Source: Octopus vulgaris (lineage: Eukaryota). From it: a stretch of 64,000 bases of DNA. Position 1 is the stretch's first letter; each line of letters begins with the position of its first letter. The notes beneath the pieces were generated by a model that had not been told where the DNA came from, made no database searches, and saw nothing but the letters and a program-made list of their open reading frames with translations. Shown piece after piece: positions 11,939-27,000 of this stretch. The translations under genes were made by a program, and so were the position numbers. The stretch spans positions 139,376,001 through 139,440,000 of the forward strand of contig OX597818.1 of the NCBI GenBank assembly GCA_951406725.2, read 5' to 3'.

Positions 11939-12151
11939 CGAGGGGATGCTGAAAAGCTCCTGGTATTTGGGTAAAGTAAAATACAAGAGGATCAGTTACT
12001 TATGGTTTTTATTCAACATGTTCCCTTCTAAGATTCACATACAGTTATTGCAGCCTTCCTTCAGTTATTTTAAACCCTGTGAAAGGACTCGAAAGGTTGA
12101 GCCTTCAACCAGGATTTTCGCGACACCTTTAAAGCCAGGAAATTTTTCAGC
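11939..12151. mobile_element. Mariner-type MITE remnant
   Basis: Left end cgaggggatgctgaaaagctcctgg and partial inverted right end ccaggaaatttttcagc. Confidence 0.6.
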
Positions 12152-13066
12152 TGGGAAGAATGGATTGTTATACGGGATTCAGTTATCTGCTGCTCCTTGC
12201 GTTCAACTCCCACCCGGGAAACTTTGCTTTTCATCTTTTGATTGTGATTAAAATATAACTCTAGAGTTGTGGATGATTGGTGAATTGTTTGAGCGTCAAA
12301 AACATCCAATATCATATGATAGTAGGAGTGGACTCCAAAAATCTGAGAAAAATCAAGAAAAATCAAGAGCTGGTCAGAGAGATTAAGAAACTGTGAAAAA
12401 TAAAGGTGACAAAATCGTCCCTATGGTATTTGGAAAACATGGCACAGAACCCAAACTGCTACTTAAGACTCTGGAGGATATTAGCATCGAGACACGCTTG
12501 GTCAACCAGCAGAAAAATGCCAACTTGTATTCTGCGTGAATCTACGAAAGATTTTTGTAATTTCAGAAAACTTGTCACCAAGCGTCAGATTAGTGTCCAT
12601 GAAACCAAGAGCTAAAGTATTTCAAGTGATTCCTTTGTACAACAGCATTCTAGCTGGAAGGAGAAAACGAAAGGAGAATTTGTAGATTCGTAGCGCTCAT
12701 CGGAAACCCAATGGTATCTCTATATGTCCATGTAAACCAGCTTGTATACAAATGTATGTCACTGCCTATATGTACAAGTGTGTGTCTATAACTGCATGTA
12801 TATATGTGTGCATCAATCGACGGCTGAAAGAGTAAAGTATGTTTAAGAGCTGCAGGAGGAGGAGGAAGCGAAGGAGAAGAAGGAGGAAGCGAAGGAGAAG
12901 AAGGAGAAGAGAAGGTGGAGGAGAGGAGGAAGAAGTGGCACATTTATGTAATGCTGGGACGTCTTCATTTAGCAGACTTAGTCATTTATGGCGATGTTAT
13001 TTTAGTGCCAGCAGAGGTTGTGACTGAGAGCTTTTAAATAAACATGGCCAGGAATTGCATATACAA

Positions 13067-13800
13067 ACATACATACATACATACATACATACATACATAC
13101 ATACACACATACATACATACATACATACACACATACATACATACATACATACATACATACGTACGTACATACATACATACATACATACATACATACATAC
13201 ATACATACATACATACATACATACATACATACATACATACATACATACATACATACATACATACATACATACATACATACACACACACATACACATACAT
13301 ACATACATACATACATACATACATACATACATACATACATACATACATACATACATACATACATACGTACATACATACATACATACATACATACATACAT
13401 ACATACATACATACATACATACATACATACATACATACATACATACATACATACATACATACATACATACATACATACATACATACAAACATACATACAT
13501 ACATACGTACGTACATACATACATACATACATACATACATTCATACATACATACATACATACATACATACATACATACATACATACATACATACACACAT
13601 ACACATACATACATACATACATACATACATACATACATACATACATACATACATACATACATACATACATACATACATACGTACGTGCATACATACATAC
13701 ATACATACATACATACATACATACATACATACATACATACATACATACATACATACATACATACATACATACATACATACATACATACATACACACACAC
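13067..13800. repeat. About 730-bp (TACA)n microsatellite
   Basis: Direct reading. Source of the spurious 270-312 aa ORFs. Confidence 0.98.
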
Positions 13801-13953
13801 ATATATATGTGTGTATATGCGTATGCATGTATATATATGTACATATGTTACAAACACGCATGTACATATATACATATAATATACATTTACATATAATACT
13901 ATTATAACACTAGAAGAGACTTTTAGAGATAACATTTAAATGGAGATAGACTG

Positions 13954-13992
<39 letters not shown>

Positions 13993-14123
13993 ACACATGC
14001 AGACGTACACATTCATGGATACACACGTGCACTGGTATTTGTTCACGCACATACATACACAATAGTTCTTCACATAGAACACTCACTCACACACACACAC
14101 ACACACACACGCGCACACATATA

Positions 14124-15661
14124 TTGGGTTGTCCGGAAAGTTCGTGCCGATTTTTAAAGGAAAGAAAAAGGTCAATAAATACTTGCCATTACATTTTTAA
14201 TCAAACAAATATGAACCATTTTGTTGCACAATGCGTCTTCATTTTTCCTTTAACTTGAAAATACCCTCTTTCCAGAATTGAGGTGCTTTCATGGCAAATA
14301 ATTCATCAAGGTATCTATTTACGTCATCCAAAGAATTGAAAGTTTTACCATTAAGACTGTTCTGCAGAGCCCTGAATAAGTGGAAATCCGAAGGAGCAAT
14401 ATCTGGTGAATATGGAGGGTGGGGTAACACATCCCAGCCGAGCTTCAGCAATTTTTATCTGGTTCCCAAAGAAACGTGCGGTCTTGCATTATCATGTTGG
14501 AAAACAACACCCTACCTGTTGGCCAATTCTGGACGTTTCTCTTGAATTGCTGCTTTTAACTCGCCTATTTATGTGCAGTATTTCTCAGAATTAATTGTCT
14601 AGTTACTTGGGAGAAGCTCATAGTACAGAGTTCCTTTCCAGTCTCACCAGACACAAAGCAAGACTTTTTTAGGATGAAGACCCGCTTTTGGGGTGGCTAA
14701 GGGTGGTACATGTCGCTTACTCCAGGATCGCTTTCTCTGAACATTTCGGTAGATAATCCATTTCTCATCACCTGTCACAATTTGCTTTAAAAAAGGTGCG
14801 TTTTCATTCCGTTTATAAAGCGAATCACAGATGGAAATACGATCCAAAATGTTCTTCTCACTCAACTTATGTGGTACCCAAACATCGTAGCGATTTGTGT
14901 ACCGAAGCTTTACCAGGTGGTCGTGAACGACGGATTTTGATAGGTTAAGGCTTTCTGCCAACTTTTGGGTTGTGCAATGTAGGTTATTCTCAATTAATGA
15001 CATAATTTGGCCTCCATCTGCAGTGGATGGTCTGCTTGATCGCTCTTTATCAATAAATCTACAATCTCCAGCTCGGAACCTTGCGAAACACTTCCGTACA
15101 GTTCTTTCGGATAAAGAAACATCACCGTAAACTGCGCTTAGTTCTTTGGTTGCTTGTGAGGCATTTTTTCCTTTACGGAAAAAGAAAAGCATCAAGTGCA
15201 GAAAATGAACTTTCTTATCTTCCATTTTAAAGGGTTACAGAATTAACACAGGTTATAGGGACATAAACTTTCTTCCACGAAAAGATATCTTAAAATGTGC
15301 TCTAAATGGAGGTGTAGTCAAATCCTATTTTTATGGACTCAACCATGTTCTAAAATAAGTCGAAAGGTAAGCTACTATAAATCGGCACGAACTTTCTGGA
15401 CATCCCGGCCAAGCTGCAGCAATTTTTGTCTGGTTCCCAAAGCATCAAGTGCCGAAAAGGAACTTTCTTGTCTTTCGTTTTAAAGGGTTACAGAATTAAC
15501 ACAGGTTATAGGGACATAAACTTTCTTCCACGAAAAGATATCTTAAAATGTGCTCTAAATGGAGGTGTAGTCAAATCCTATTTTTATGGACTCAACCATG
15601 TTCTAAAATAAGTCGAAAGGTAAGCTACTATAAATCGGCACGAACTTTGCGGACAACCCAA
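14124..15661 (-). mobile_element. Mariner (DD34D) transposon with TIRs, TA TSD and duplicated 5' end
   Basis: TIRs ttgggttgtccggaaagttcgtgccgattt (14124) and aaatcggcacgaactttgcggacaacccaa (ends 15661), flanked by TA. Confidence 0.95.
14239..15225 (-). pseudogene. Disrupted mariner transposase
   Basis: Motifs WVPHKL, IVTGDEKW, HDNARPH and PPYSPDIAPSDFHLF. The frame is broken by a stop at 14644 and further lesions. Confidence 0.93.
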
Positions 15662-17053
15662 TATATATGCATGTATGTATGTATGTATGTATGTATGTAT
15701 GTATGTATGTATGTATGTATGTATGTATGTATGTATGTATGTATGTATGTATTTATATATGCATGTATGTATGTACATGCATACATACATATATATATAT
15801 ATATGTATACATGCAAATGTATACATTTATTTACTGATACAGACATAGATATCATTACATGCAATAGACATTCCTTCAAGCAATATTGGGAAACCGTGTG
15901 AGGTGATTTTTTGTTTCTTTTTCTGAAGAGCGGAGAAGCACGAATTGAGGCCTCATCGGTAAATGCTTGAGTGGGTGTGATGGAGGTAGTGAATAAGTGT
16001 ATTTTATACATTAGTCTTCAAATCCTTGTTTCGTTTCTTTTCTTATCTCAAAAGTTTTATCTTTTGTTGCGTAGAAAAGATCTGATCTAACAGACATACT
16101 TTCTGCTTCTACTGTCATATCTGTTATAAAAAAAATTTAAGAAACAGACGAAGGAGGGTTTTGTAAACAGATATGTCATTTGCTGTGATAATAAATATTT
16201 GTAGGGGGCAAATAGGGCAGTACCAGTTGAGTCGCTGTGTAGAGTGACAGACAGAATACATTGCTGTATTATCTAGTGGCATTCTTTTGCATTCAATTCG
16301 CTTGGGGAGCTGTTTAACTTTTCATTCTTTATTCTTTCGTTCGATAAAATGAATTTTAGAGTCGAAAGCATTGCGTATCCACAAATAGATTGGTAGAACA
16401 GGGAACAAAGTATAAAATACCTGGAGGTATTTTGATAAATTTTCATTACGTTCTGAGCTTAAGTCCCGCCGGAGTCACCTTCTTCTTTAAAAGTTACAGG
16501 TCAATAAAATGAAGAATTGATCTCCCTATTCCTCAATTACGTTACATTTTGCTTAGGACATTAATCAATATTTGAAGTAAAATTTACCATTGTAATGCTA
16601 ACGTAGTGAAGCGGTTTAGGAATATGGAAACGTAGTACAGTAATGTCTTCATACTTCGTGTAGTATATTGTGGAGTAGAAATGTAAAAGAGGACAAAATG
16701 ATTTCCCTTTGTCACAGGGAATGGTCCTGATAAAATTTTCCAGTCTAAAGAAAAAAATGTTTGTTAGAATTTTTAAGGTTCCAAATTAGCTTACAAAGTC
16801 CTGTAGAATTACGCTTATGATATTATTTAAAAGTTGGAAGATGATTCGCAACACGGAATTTCAACTCCGTAGAAGATAATCCAATATAAAAGAATTCTTT
16901 AGATCCAAAGGTAACTTTGCATAGATAAACAACATTTTTAATACGGCAATTTCCATTGTGGATTCAAGTTTTATTCGGGCCACAGTTGCAAGGTCTAAAA
17001 TCATTGATGTTATTGTTCAAGGAGAGATTTTTGTTAATATTATTAATGTTATA

Positions 17054-17460
17054 AAGGCGGCGAGCTGGCAGGAACGTTAGCACGCCGGGCGAAATGCTTA
17101 GCAGTATTTCGTCCGTCTTTACGTTCTGGGTTCAAATTCCGTTGAAGTCGACTTTGCTTTTCATCCTTTCGGGGTCAATAAATTAAGTACGAGTTACGCA
17201 CTGGAGTCTATGTAATCAACTTAACCCCTTAGTCTGTCCTTGTTTGTCCCCTCCATGTTTAGTCCCTTGTGGGCAATAAAGAAATAAGAAACTGTAGCAC
17301 GCCGGGCGATATGCTTAGCGGTATTTCGTCTGTCTTTGCGTTCTGAGTTCAAATTTCGCCGAGGTCGACTTTGCCTTTCATCCTTTCGGGATTCGATAAA
17401 TTAAGTACCAGTTACGGACTGGGGTCGATGTAATCGACTTAATGCCTTCCTCCAAATTTG
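17054..17460 (+). mobile_element. SINE family A tandem dimer
   Basis: Full unit to about 17286, then a second unit restarting at tagcacgccgggcg. Confidence 0.88.
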
Positions 17461-17648
17461 GTTGTTGAAAATTCAGTGGTACCTGGAAATAATGGGAAAG
17501 TTCCTTTCGATAGATTGACGAAATAGGTGTATATATATTACACACGCACATACATTATATATCTGTATATATAATGCACACACACACATACACACATATA
17601 CATATATACATATATACTGACACAATGTGGAAGAAAGATAAGTGAGAG

Positions 17649-17692
<44 letters not shown>

Positions 17693-18334
17693 AACTCACA
17701 CTCGATGAGTTTTTTTCAAGTGTGTAATACTGTACGTTACTTTCTGTATGACTCACTGTTGGTCACCTGTAAAAGGTTATAGGTTGATACACGCATACAT
17801 ACTTACATACATAAAAAAATACATACATGCAGGCATATACATACACGGATGCACACACATTATACTTATACATACATCAATTTTTCTCTTGCTGTTCGTC
17901 TCCCTCCCTCTCTCCCTCTCTCTGTTTCTTTCTGCAATAGGTTATCAGTTAATTTCGGTCACAGAGTGAATGTTAAGAGAAAGATAGCGGAAGACAATAT
18001 TAGTTAAATAATATCGCCCAATCACACACACAAACACCAGCGGTATACATACATACGTACATACATACACACACACATACACATATATGTAAGTGCATGT
18101 ATATATATATATATGTATATGTGTGTGTGTGTGTGTGTACGTATATATGTATTTATATATAATTATGTATACTTATATATACGTGTGTGTATGTGTGTTT
18201 GTGCATAAAAAGCAAATAAACAAAATTAAATCTAAATGGATAGGTAGATAGATAGATATTTAGATTACGTGAGTGAGTCAATAGGAATATGTACATGCAT
18301 AAATAAATATACATAGGTACATATATACATACAT

Positions 18335-19010
<676 letters not shown>

Positions 19011-19330
19011 CTGGACGGAAGGCTGGCCAACCGGTTGGCTGGGAGGTTGTGTCGCTGGCTAGTTGGAAAAAATAAATTGATAAGCAAGAGATAAAAGGAA
19101 TGAACAGAACGGAACGGTGGAGGTAGACAGATAAAGAGACGGAAATAAGAGGTGTATTGGAGAGAAGAAGCAGAAGCGTTTTATGTGATGGATGGGTTCT
19201 GAAGAGGAACAGGGAAGTCACGTGAGGACTACGTTGATGAAGATGAAAGCCCGACAACAACAATAAAAGTAAGGACAATAAAAATGTAAAAGTTGATAAA
19301 TAAATAATAGGAAAATAAATATATAAATGA

Positions 19331-19372
<42 letters not shown>

Positions 19373-19640
19373 AAAAGGTTAGACTTTGATTTAAACAGTA
19401 AAACAATTAAAGCAATAAAATAAGAAACGTAATTCATGCACAGACACAAACATATATTTAAATATATATATATGTGTGTGTGTGTGTGTGTATGTGTGTG
19501 TGTGTATATACGGTTATAGGCACATACATATATACGCACAAAGACGCATATAAATACGCACTGTGTGCACACAGGTAGTTAATGACTCACGCTGGCATAA
19601 AAATTAAGAAATCTATGTAAAAGTGCTTCTGTGTTTTTGC

Positions 19641-19687
<47 letters not shown>

Positions 19688-19892
19688 CACATATATATAC
19701 ATAAATATACATATACATATATACAAATATATACATACACACATACACACATATATAAACATATATATATATAAATACTTATATATATATATATGTGTGT
19801 GTGTATATTTATGGATATATATATGTATGGATATATGTATATATACATATATATGGATGAATATAAGTACGTTCGTATGTACTTATTGTGTG

Positions 19893-19932
<40 letters not shown>

Positions 19933-20182
19933 ATAGAAAATGAAAAAAGAAAATATAATAGACAATGTACATTTTGATTAGGGCGAGTGATTATTGTATT
20001 TGTGCGCATGCGTAGATTTATGTGAATTCAAGGATGATAATCCGGCAGCTGTAGATTTTAATGCATGGTGTCATTCATGAGTTTATCCCACAAAAGAATA
20101 GAAATAAAAAAAGTCAAAAATTGTCCGTCTATTTCTCTCTCTTTTATATCTCACCCTCTCTTTCTTTCTATCTATTCATCTA

Positions 20183-20241
<59 letters not shown>

Positions 20242-20606
20242 GTCATGTGTCATTTGTTTGTGTACATATGTATGTATCACTCTGTCCATCTCTCCCCGAT
20301 CCTGACTCACTCTCCCTTCTTTCTCCCCCCTTCTCTCTCTCTCTCTAACATATGTATGATATTTATGGACAATATGGATATATAAATACATATTACGCAT
20401 ATCATACACACACACACACATATCAAAATAAGCAACTTTGACTTGTACAGACAATACCGCACTGACTTGGTGCTTTAATTTAAGTAACTAATTCAACTGA
20501 ATCTCAATTATTTCTTATATATATATACATATTACATATACACATATATATATAATATCGTATATATATATAATATATGTAATACGTATGTGTATATATA
20601 TATATA

Positions 20607-20800
20607 TTAAACCTCGCCAAGTTAAATATTTAAACCACCTGATGAATGACTGTAACTCGAAAATTTAAAGAAATTAACAGCCATGAAACGATATTAATTA
20701 TATTTTTTTAATAATTTTGTTATATATTTAAATAATATAAATTAAATAATCTTATGTATTGGTTTGCCTAATAGTGGTTTTATCTCTAATTTAATATAAT
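20607..20800 (+). mobile_element. Penelope-like terminal fragment in (TA)n with a 3'-deleted hammerhead
   Basis: cac-CTGATGA-atgactgt...acagccat-GAAACGAT at 20636-20692, then a deletion of the cleavage triplet. Homologous to 36002-36225 on the minus strand. Confidence 0.75.
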
Positions 20801-20840
20801 ATATATATATATATATATCCTATATTGTACATATTATATA

Positions 20841-21047
20841 CAGCAGTCCCTCGACTATCGTGGATATTACGTTCCAAACCACCCCGTGATAGGTGAAAAT
20901 CCGCGAAGTACAAACGGTACAGTACTTATTACGTTTTAAATTATTTTTATAATTTGTATATATTTATTTTATTATAAATGCAAAACAACACCACGGAGAA
21001 ATCGACGTAAGATTAAATTAACCTCGATATGGTGATATTGATTACTG
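20841..21047 (+). mobile_element. Tigger/pogo-like MITE
   Basis: ta|cagcagtccctcg ... attactg|ta. Homologous to 31459-31668 on the minus strand. A second possible end lies at 21257. Confidence 0.75.
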
Positions 21048-21278
21048 TATTTTCTTTTAATATACTTCAATTAATGTGTTATACACTGCAGGACTATTTT
21101 TTTTCATCTATTAATTAATTTTTACTTGTGAAGATGCTTATTTTACTGTAGATGTAATAAAAATCTAAGAAAATATGAATCGCAGAAACCGTGATATACT
21201 GGTGAGTCCGTGATATAAATTTACATATATTAGCCAGAAAATTGCATGTTATTACTGTATATATAATATATGATATAT

Positions 21279-21445
21279 AGGCACAGTCGTGACTGTGTGG
21301 TAAGAAGATTGTTTCCCAACCATATGGTTCCGGGTTCAGTCCCTCTGCGTAGCACATTGGGCATGTGTCTTCTGCTATAGCCTCGGGACGACCAAAGCCT
21401 TGTGAATGGATTTGGTAGACGGAAACTGAAAGAAGCCCGTCGTAT
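21279..21445 (+). mobile_element. SINE family B 5' half
   Basis: ggcacagtcgtgactgtgtggtaagaag...gggttcagtccc...gaaactgaaagaagcccgtcg. Confidence 0.85.
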
Positions 21446-22224
21446 ATATATACTAAGGAGTGGTTAGTCTCAAGCATGTCAACGGTCATTAAAAGATATT
21501 TATGAATACATATGGCCATATATGTGTGTACTTATATCTTTTATATTTTGTTTCAGTTATTAGACTGCAGCCATGCTAGAACATCACTCTTAAGGAATCC
21601 TGTTGAATGAATCGACCCCAGTAACCTTCATGTGACTGATGCAGGATGGGTCGAAGCAGTCGTCGTGCTGAATAGAGATTCGTACTAAATCCATCATCCA
21701 TTTCTTTTATACACACACATACAGCAACACACAGTTCCATCTCTTAATACTACATCGATTGTAATTGCTGTTTACAGGTCGCTGTTATGTGTAATCATAA
21801 ACAACATATACATATATGAAAGGACTTCTCATTGCGAATATTGGAGTATGTAGAACCCTCATAATTCATCCAAGTTCAGTAGACTATAAAATATAAAGAT
21901 TGCCACTTGGGTTGATACTGCTTCCGTCGCCTGGCAACTATTTGCAACACCAGTGAATGAAAAAAAAATCTTCATCAGTTAGTCTACATATCGTTGGCAG
22001 TGAGATTTGGCTTATATATGGCAACGGAACGCCCACCACGGAAGAAGTGGATGACGTTGAAGCCACGTGACCTGTCAGTTCTGGCGCTCATAGCAGAGGA
22101 TTCTCATCTGCTAGGATATATGTTTGTGCTCTTAGCTCCATGCAGCTGTATGAGAAGAAGTCCAAAGGCGAATACTGCAATATTTGGTGTTCTAGTAATA
22201 TATCCACGTTTTGTAGTATATAAG

Positions 22225-22340
22225 CCCGGTATGCATGGGCGACTGCTGGTCTTCCATAAACAACCTTGCCCGCACTTGTGCATGAGGGGGTAACTTTCAA
22301 AGTGCAATCCATGGCCAGTCATGACCGAAGGGGGTCTCAG
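22225..22340 (+). mobile_element. 3' tail shared with SINE family D
   Basis: ggtatgcatgggcgactgctggtcttcc...catgaccgaagggggtctc matches the reverse complement of 32988-33105. Confidence 0.65.
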
Positions 22341-23109
22341 CAGTAGTATATAAAGATTGCCATTCGGTATTAATATTGCTTCCTTCGTTAATATATGTAT
22401 GTATGTGCTTATATATATATATATATATATATATAAAGGAAATGAAGAAAATGCTGACAAAATAATTTAAGTAATTTAAGTAATTTAATTAGGTGAAAGT
22501 TCTTTTTACCGGTTGCGCATTTGTTATGCTAATCAAAAGTTTTTTCCTCTTATATATATTTATGTATGTATGTATGTATGTATGTATGTATGTATGTATG
22601 TATGTATGTATGTATGTATGCATAAATACATATATGCATGCATACATTTACATACACACTCACACACAGGCACACACTCGCACATACGCACATATATCAT
22701 AAATAGGAACAGCATAAACAATGATAATGGTAAATGCTTGCTTTTTGCTTTCGGTGAAAAAACTTACTAACATAAACCCAAAGAATTAAATGTTAAAATT
22801 ATTCGGACGGCTGTTGAAGAACGTAAAAATTTCCAAACAGGTTTGAAACGAAAAAAAAAAGAAAAAATCATAATAACAACAAAAAAAAAACAAACAAACA
22901 AACGAACAAAAAGTCATGGTAAATCATAAAAAAAGTGGCTAGTAAAATATGAAGTCGTAAATGAAGGTATTAAACTCGTGAACAAATCAACTGAATAACC
23001 TATTGACCAGAGTCCAAAAATGAGAGAGCATCTATATCACCTTGGCAACATCGAGAGCTAATATCAATGAAATACAACCAACAGGAACATGGCAATCAAA
23101 ATCACTCAC

Positions 23110-23348
23110 AATACTCCAATACACGTTCACAGTCTCTCATCACAAATGTCTGGTGTCAGGATTTTGAAAAACTTTTTTCTCAGCTCTTTTTTGCTTTTGT
23201 TTACCCCAATTTATTTCGAGTTATTTATTGTTACAGCTGTCATTGTTGTTGTTACTGTTGTAGTCGTTTTTGTTTTTTGTTGTTGTTATTATTATTTTTT
23301 TCTTCTTTCAAATTTACTTCCATTTCTTGCCGAGTGTCTTCCCGACTC
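23110..23348 (-). other. Candidate spliced exon (5'UTR-like, possible start MRDCERVLEY)
   Basis: Acceptor tttctttgccctag|G, donor GTATT|gtgagt, ATG at 23140 with an in-frame upstream TGA. Confidence 0.35.
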
Positions 23349-23505
23349 CTAGGGCAAAGAAACTCATAGCATACATTGGTAGGCCATTAAACTAAACTCA
23401 ATAGTTCGTTCATTTAAAAAAAAAAATTTTTAAGTTAAATTAAAATATATGGGTAGTAATAGTTCTTTAAAATACATGGGTAGTAATAGTTCTTTAAAAT
23501 TATTA

Positions 23506-23536
<31 letters not shown>

Positions 23537-23573
23537 CACTATTATCATTATTGTTGTTGTTGTTGTTGTTGTT

Positions 23574-23788
23574 AAGGCGGCGAGCTGACAGAATCGTTAA
23601 CATGCCGGACTAAATGCTTAGCGCTATTTCGTCCGTCGCTACGTTCTGTGTTCAAATTCCGCCGAAGTCGACTTTCCTTTCATTCTTTCGGGGGTCGATA
23701 AATTAAGTACCAGTCAAGTACTGGGGTCGATGTAATCGATACATTCCTTCCACAAAAATGGTTGCCCTTGTGGAAAAAATTGAGACCC

Positions 23789-23790
<2 letters not shown>
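23574..23790 (+). mobile_element. SINE family A copy followed by (TTA)n
   Basis: Head and core motifs, then a (TTA)n array at 23789-23915. Confidence 0.85.
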
Positions 23791-23829
<39 letters not shown>

Positions 23830-23848
23830 ATTATCATTATTATTATTA

Positions 23849-23916
<68 letters not shown>

Positions 23917-24498
23917 GAGTGAGAGAGCAGTACATGCCATCAAAGTGACACTGGAGTAAAATATACGAAACACAATATACCCATCATAACTACCCGACTG
24001 ATAAGGGTACACTAGGCACATGCATCACAACCATATGTGTGCACGACATGGTGATCTCATATCGAAATAAGCATTGCATGACCTTGTAGGTGGGGCCCAG
24101 TTAGAATTTTCTTCTCGTCGAGTAACCCATCCCGCTCAAAAGGGCCCTGAATAGGGGTTGTTTAAGGATGTTGAACGAAACACCCATGTTTCCAGTGGTA
24201 AACTATCCAAATCCCAAAGAATTCCTCTCAATACACGGCTATGATGCTCCCCCACTACTTCTGCTCGTGATCAGAGATGCACATATCGTCAGCCACTAAG
24301 GGACATGCCCAACTGACTAAGGTCAAGCAACTGACAAGCAAATCTGTGGTATTGAGCAGAATATTTGCTGTGACCCATCTTTTATACCAAGACAAAACAA
24401 TGTACATGATAACACTTCCAATCAATTCAGATCAGAAGCCATGTGTGCCACAGCCTGTTACTGCTTCTGTTATTATTATTGTTATTGTTATTATTATA

Positions 24499-24710
24499 AG
24501 GCGGCGAGCTGGTGGAATCGTTAACACGTCGGACAAAATGCTTAGCAGCATTTCGTCTCTCTTTACATTCTGAGTTCAAATTTCACCGAGGTAGACTTTG
24601 CTTTCCATCGTCACGCCATCGATAAAATAGGTACTGGTTGAACACTAGCAACGATTTAATCGACTTGCACTCTTCCCCGAACTTGCTCAGCATGTGCCAA
24701 AATTTGAAAC

Positions 24711-24771
<61 letters not shown>

Positions 24772-25110
24772 TTTAAAGCGGCGAGCTGGTAGAAACGTTA
24801 GCACGTCGGGCGAAATGCTTAGCGGTATTTCGTCTGCCGCTACGTTCTGAGTTCAAACTCCGCCGTGATCGACTTTGCCTTTCATCCCCGATTTAATAAG
24901 TACCAGTTACGTTCATCATTTCTGGGTCGATAAAATAAGTACCAGATGAGTACCAGGGCCTATGTAATTACCTTAACCTCTCTCCCCAAATTGCTGGCAT
25001 TGTGCCAAAATTTGAAACCATCATTATTCTTAAGGCTGCGAGCTGGTACAATCATTAGCACGCCTGACAAAATACTTGTGGCATGTACCGGGGTTGATGT
25101 AACCGACTAG
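24499..25110 (+). mobile_element. Cluster of three SINE family A copies separated by (TTA)n
   Basis: Heads at about 24499, 24776 and 25032. Confidence 0.8.
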
Positions 25111-25835
25111 AGTCAAACCGCCAAAACGTTAGTCCTTGCATCTATAACAGAAAGGATAATTGTGTCTATGGTGATGAAGTTAATGATGAATGTAAGCGTG
25201 ATGATCATGACATTGATGGCGATGATGATGGTAATACTGATGTTGATGAAGATGCTGTTGACGATATGATGATGATGATGATGATGATGATGATAGATGA
25301 TGATGATGATGATGATGATGATGACAATGGTAGTGGTGGCGTAGGTGGTGTTATCATGATCTCTACCGACAATATTTCCCACCTTTTTCCGTAATCTTTT
25401 TTCTTCCTTTAAAACTTTATTTTGTTTTGTTTTCCCTTGTTATCATTGCACTTTCACTTCCTGTTCATTTTACTACGACTTGCATTTTCCTTCTCCTCCT
25501 CTTCCTCCTCCCCCTTCTACTCCTTCTACTCATTCTTCTTCTCCTCCAGCTTTGTTTTACTTCTTGGGTCTAAGTTCTATTATACGTTTTATTGTCGAAC
25601 TTGGCGCGTTGTTGTTATTGTTCATGTTGTTAGTATGTGTGCATATGCTTCTCTTGAAGAGTTCAACATTAACGACGTGGCAATGAAAAGACAGAAGTAA
25701 TAAAAAAAAGCAAAATAAAACAAAAATAAATCTTTAGAAATATAGAAGACCTCTCTCACCTCACCAAACAACAGACTGCGCCATTTGTAGGATACACAAG
25801 AAGAACGATGCCAAGAAAATAAAGCAAAATTTTAC

Positions 25836-25908
25836 CTTCAAATATCTAGCATTGTCAGCTTGTTGAATAACAAAATACTCATAGTTTAAGACATCACTGA
25901 CATTTGAC
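25836..25908 (-). other. Candidate 73-nt exon
   Basis: Acceptor tatttctttaattttgccacag|G, donor GAAG|gtaaaa. One frame is open (SNVSDVLNYEYFVIQQADNARYLK). Confidence 0.35.
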
Positions 25909-26069
25909 CTGTGGCAAAATTAAAGAAATATTATTGTTCTCTCTGTTGTTGTTATGACTGTTGCTAGGTTGAATATATCTCTGGCCGAGAAGACTTTAGC
26001 ATGAAAGCTAACTCAGCTGTGATCATCTCGTCTTTGTTTCAACAATGATGTGTGTATATATATATATAT

Positions 26070-26425
26070 ATTTCTTTACTACCCACAAGGGGCTAAACAC
26101 AGAGGGGACAAACAAGGACAGACAAACGGATTAAGACGATTACATCGAATCCAGTGCGAAACTGGTACTTTATTTATCGACCCCGAAAGGATGAAAGGCA
26201 AATTCGACCTCGGCAGAATTTGAACTCAGAACGTAGCGGCAGACGAAATACCTATTTCTTTATTACCCACAAGGCGCTAAACACAGAGGGGACAAACAAG
26301 GACAGACATAGGTATTAAGTCGATTACATCGACCCCGGCGGAATTCGAACTCACAACGTAACGCAGACAAAATACCGCTAAGCATTTCACCCGGCGTGCT
26401 AACGATTCTGCCAGCTCGCCGCCTT
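26070..26425 (-). mobile_element. SINE family A dimer with internal deletion
   Basis: Two tails (26070 and 26254) and one head ending at 26425. Probable TSD tgatgtgt. Confidence 0.88.
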
Positions 26426-26441
26426 TGATGTGTATATATAT

Positions 26442-26571
26442 AGGCGTAGTTATGGGCGTTCGCTCCGCAATTATGAGATTTCGTGTTCGTTTCCCGCTGC
26501 ACTATCGCAGTGGGCCGAACATTTCCTTGGGAGTAAATTTAGTAGACGCAATGTGTGTGGAACCTCATAGT

Positions 26572-26620
<49 letters not shown>

Positions 26621-26739
26621 CCCGCACGCAAACGCACTGACGTGCATGTAGACAAACAGACGCGCATGTACATACAGACACGCGTGCACACACACAGACA
26701 CGAGTGCATACACACATACACACAGACGTACGCACACGC

Positions 26740-26770
<31 letters not shown>

Positions 26771-27000
26771 TACACACACACAAGCATTCACATATGTGTG
26801 CGTAACTTTGTTTCTCGCTCCAAGCCACTGTTTGACAACCGGGGTTGGTTTGCTTACTTTTCCCGTAACCTTGCCGTTCGACAAAAGAGAGCGATGGAAT
26901 AAGTATCCAACTTTTAAAAAAATGAGGAAAGACGAATGATCAATTAAACACTTTAAGGTGGTGCTCCAGCATGACTGCAGTCAAATGACCGAGACAAATA
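26442..27000 (+). mobile_element. Degenerate SINE family B with expanded internal (CA)n
   Basis: Head-like ggcgtagttatggg, ttagtagacg, and tail ggtgctccagcatgactgcagtcaaatgacc. Confidence 0.6.

Noticed and set aside
12997-13935. Long ORFs of 168-312 aa on both strands
   Set aside because: Translations of (TACA)n (YVCM/HTYI repeats), stop-free by construction.
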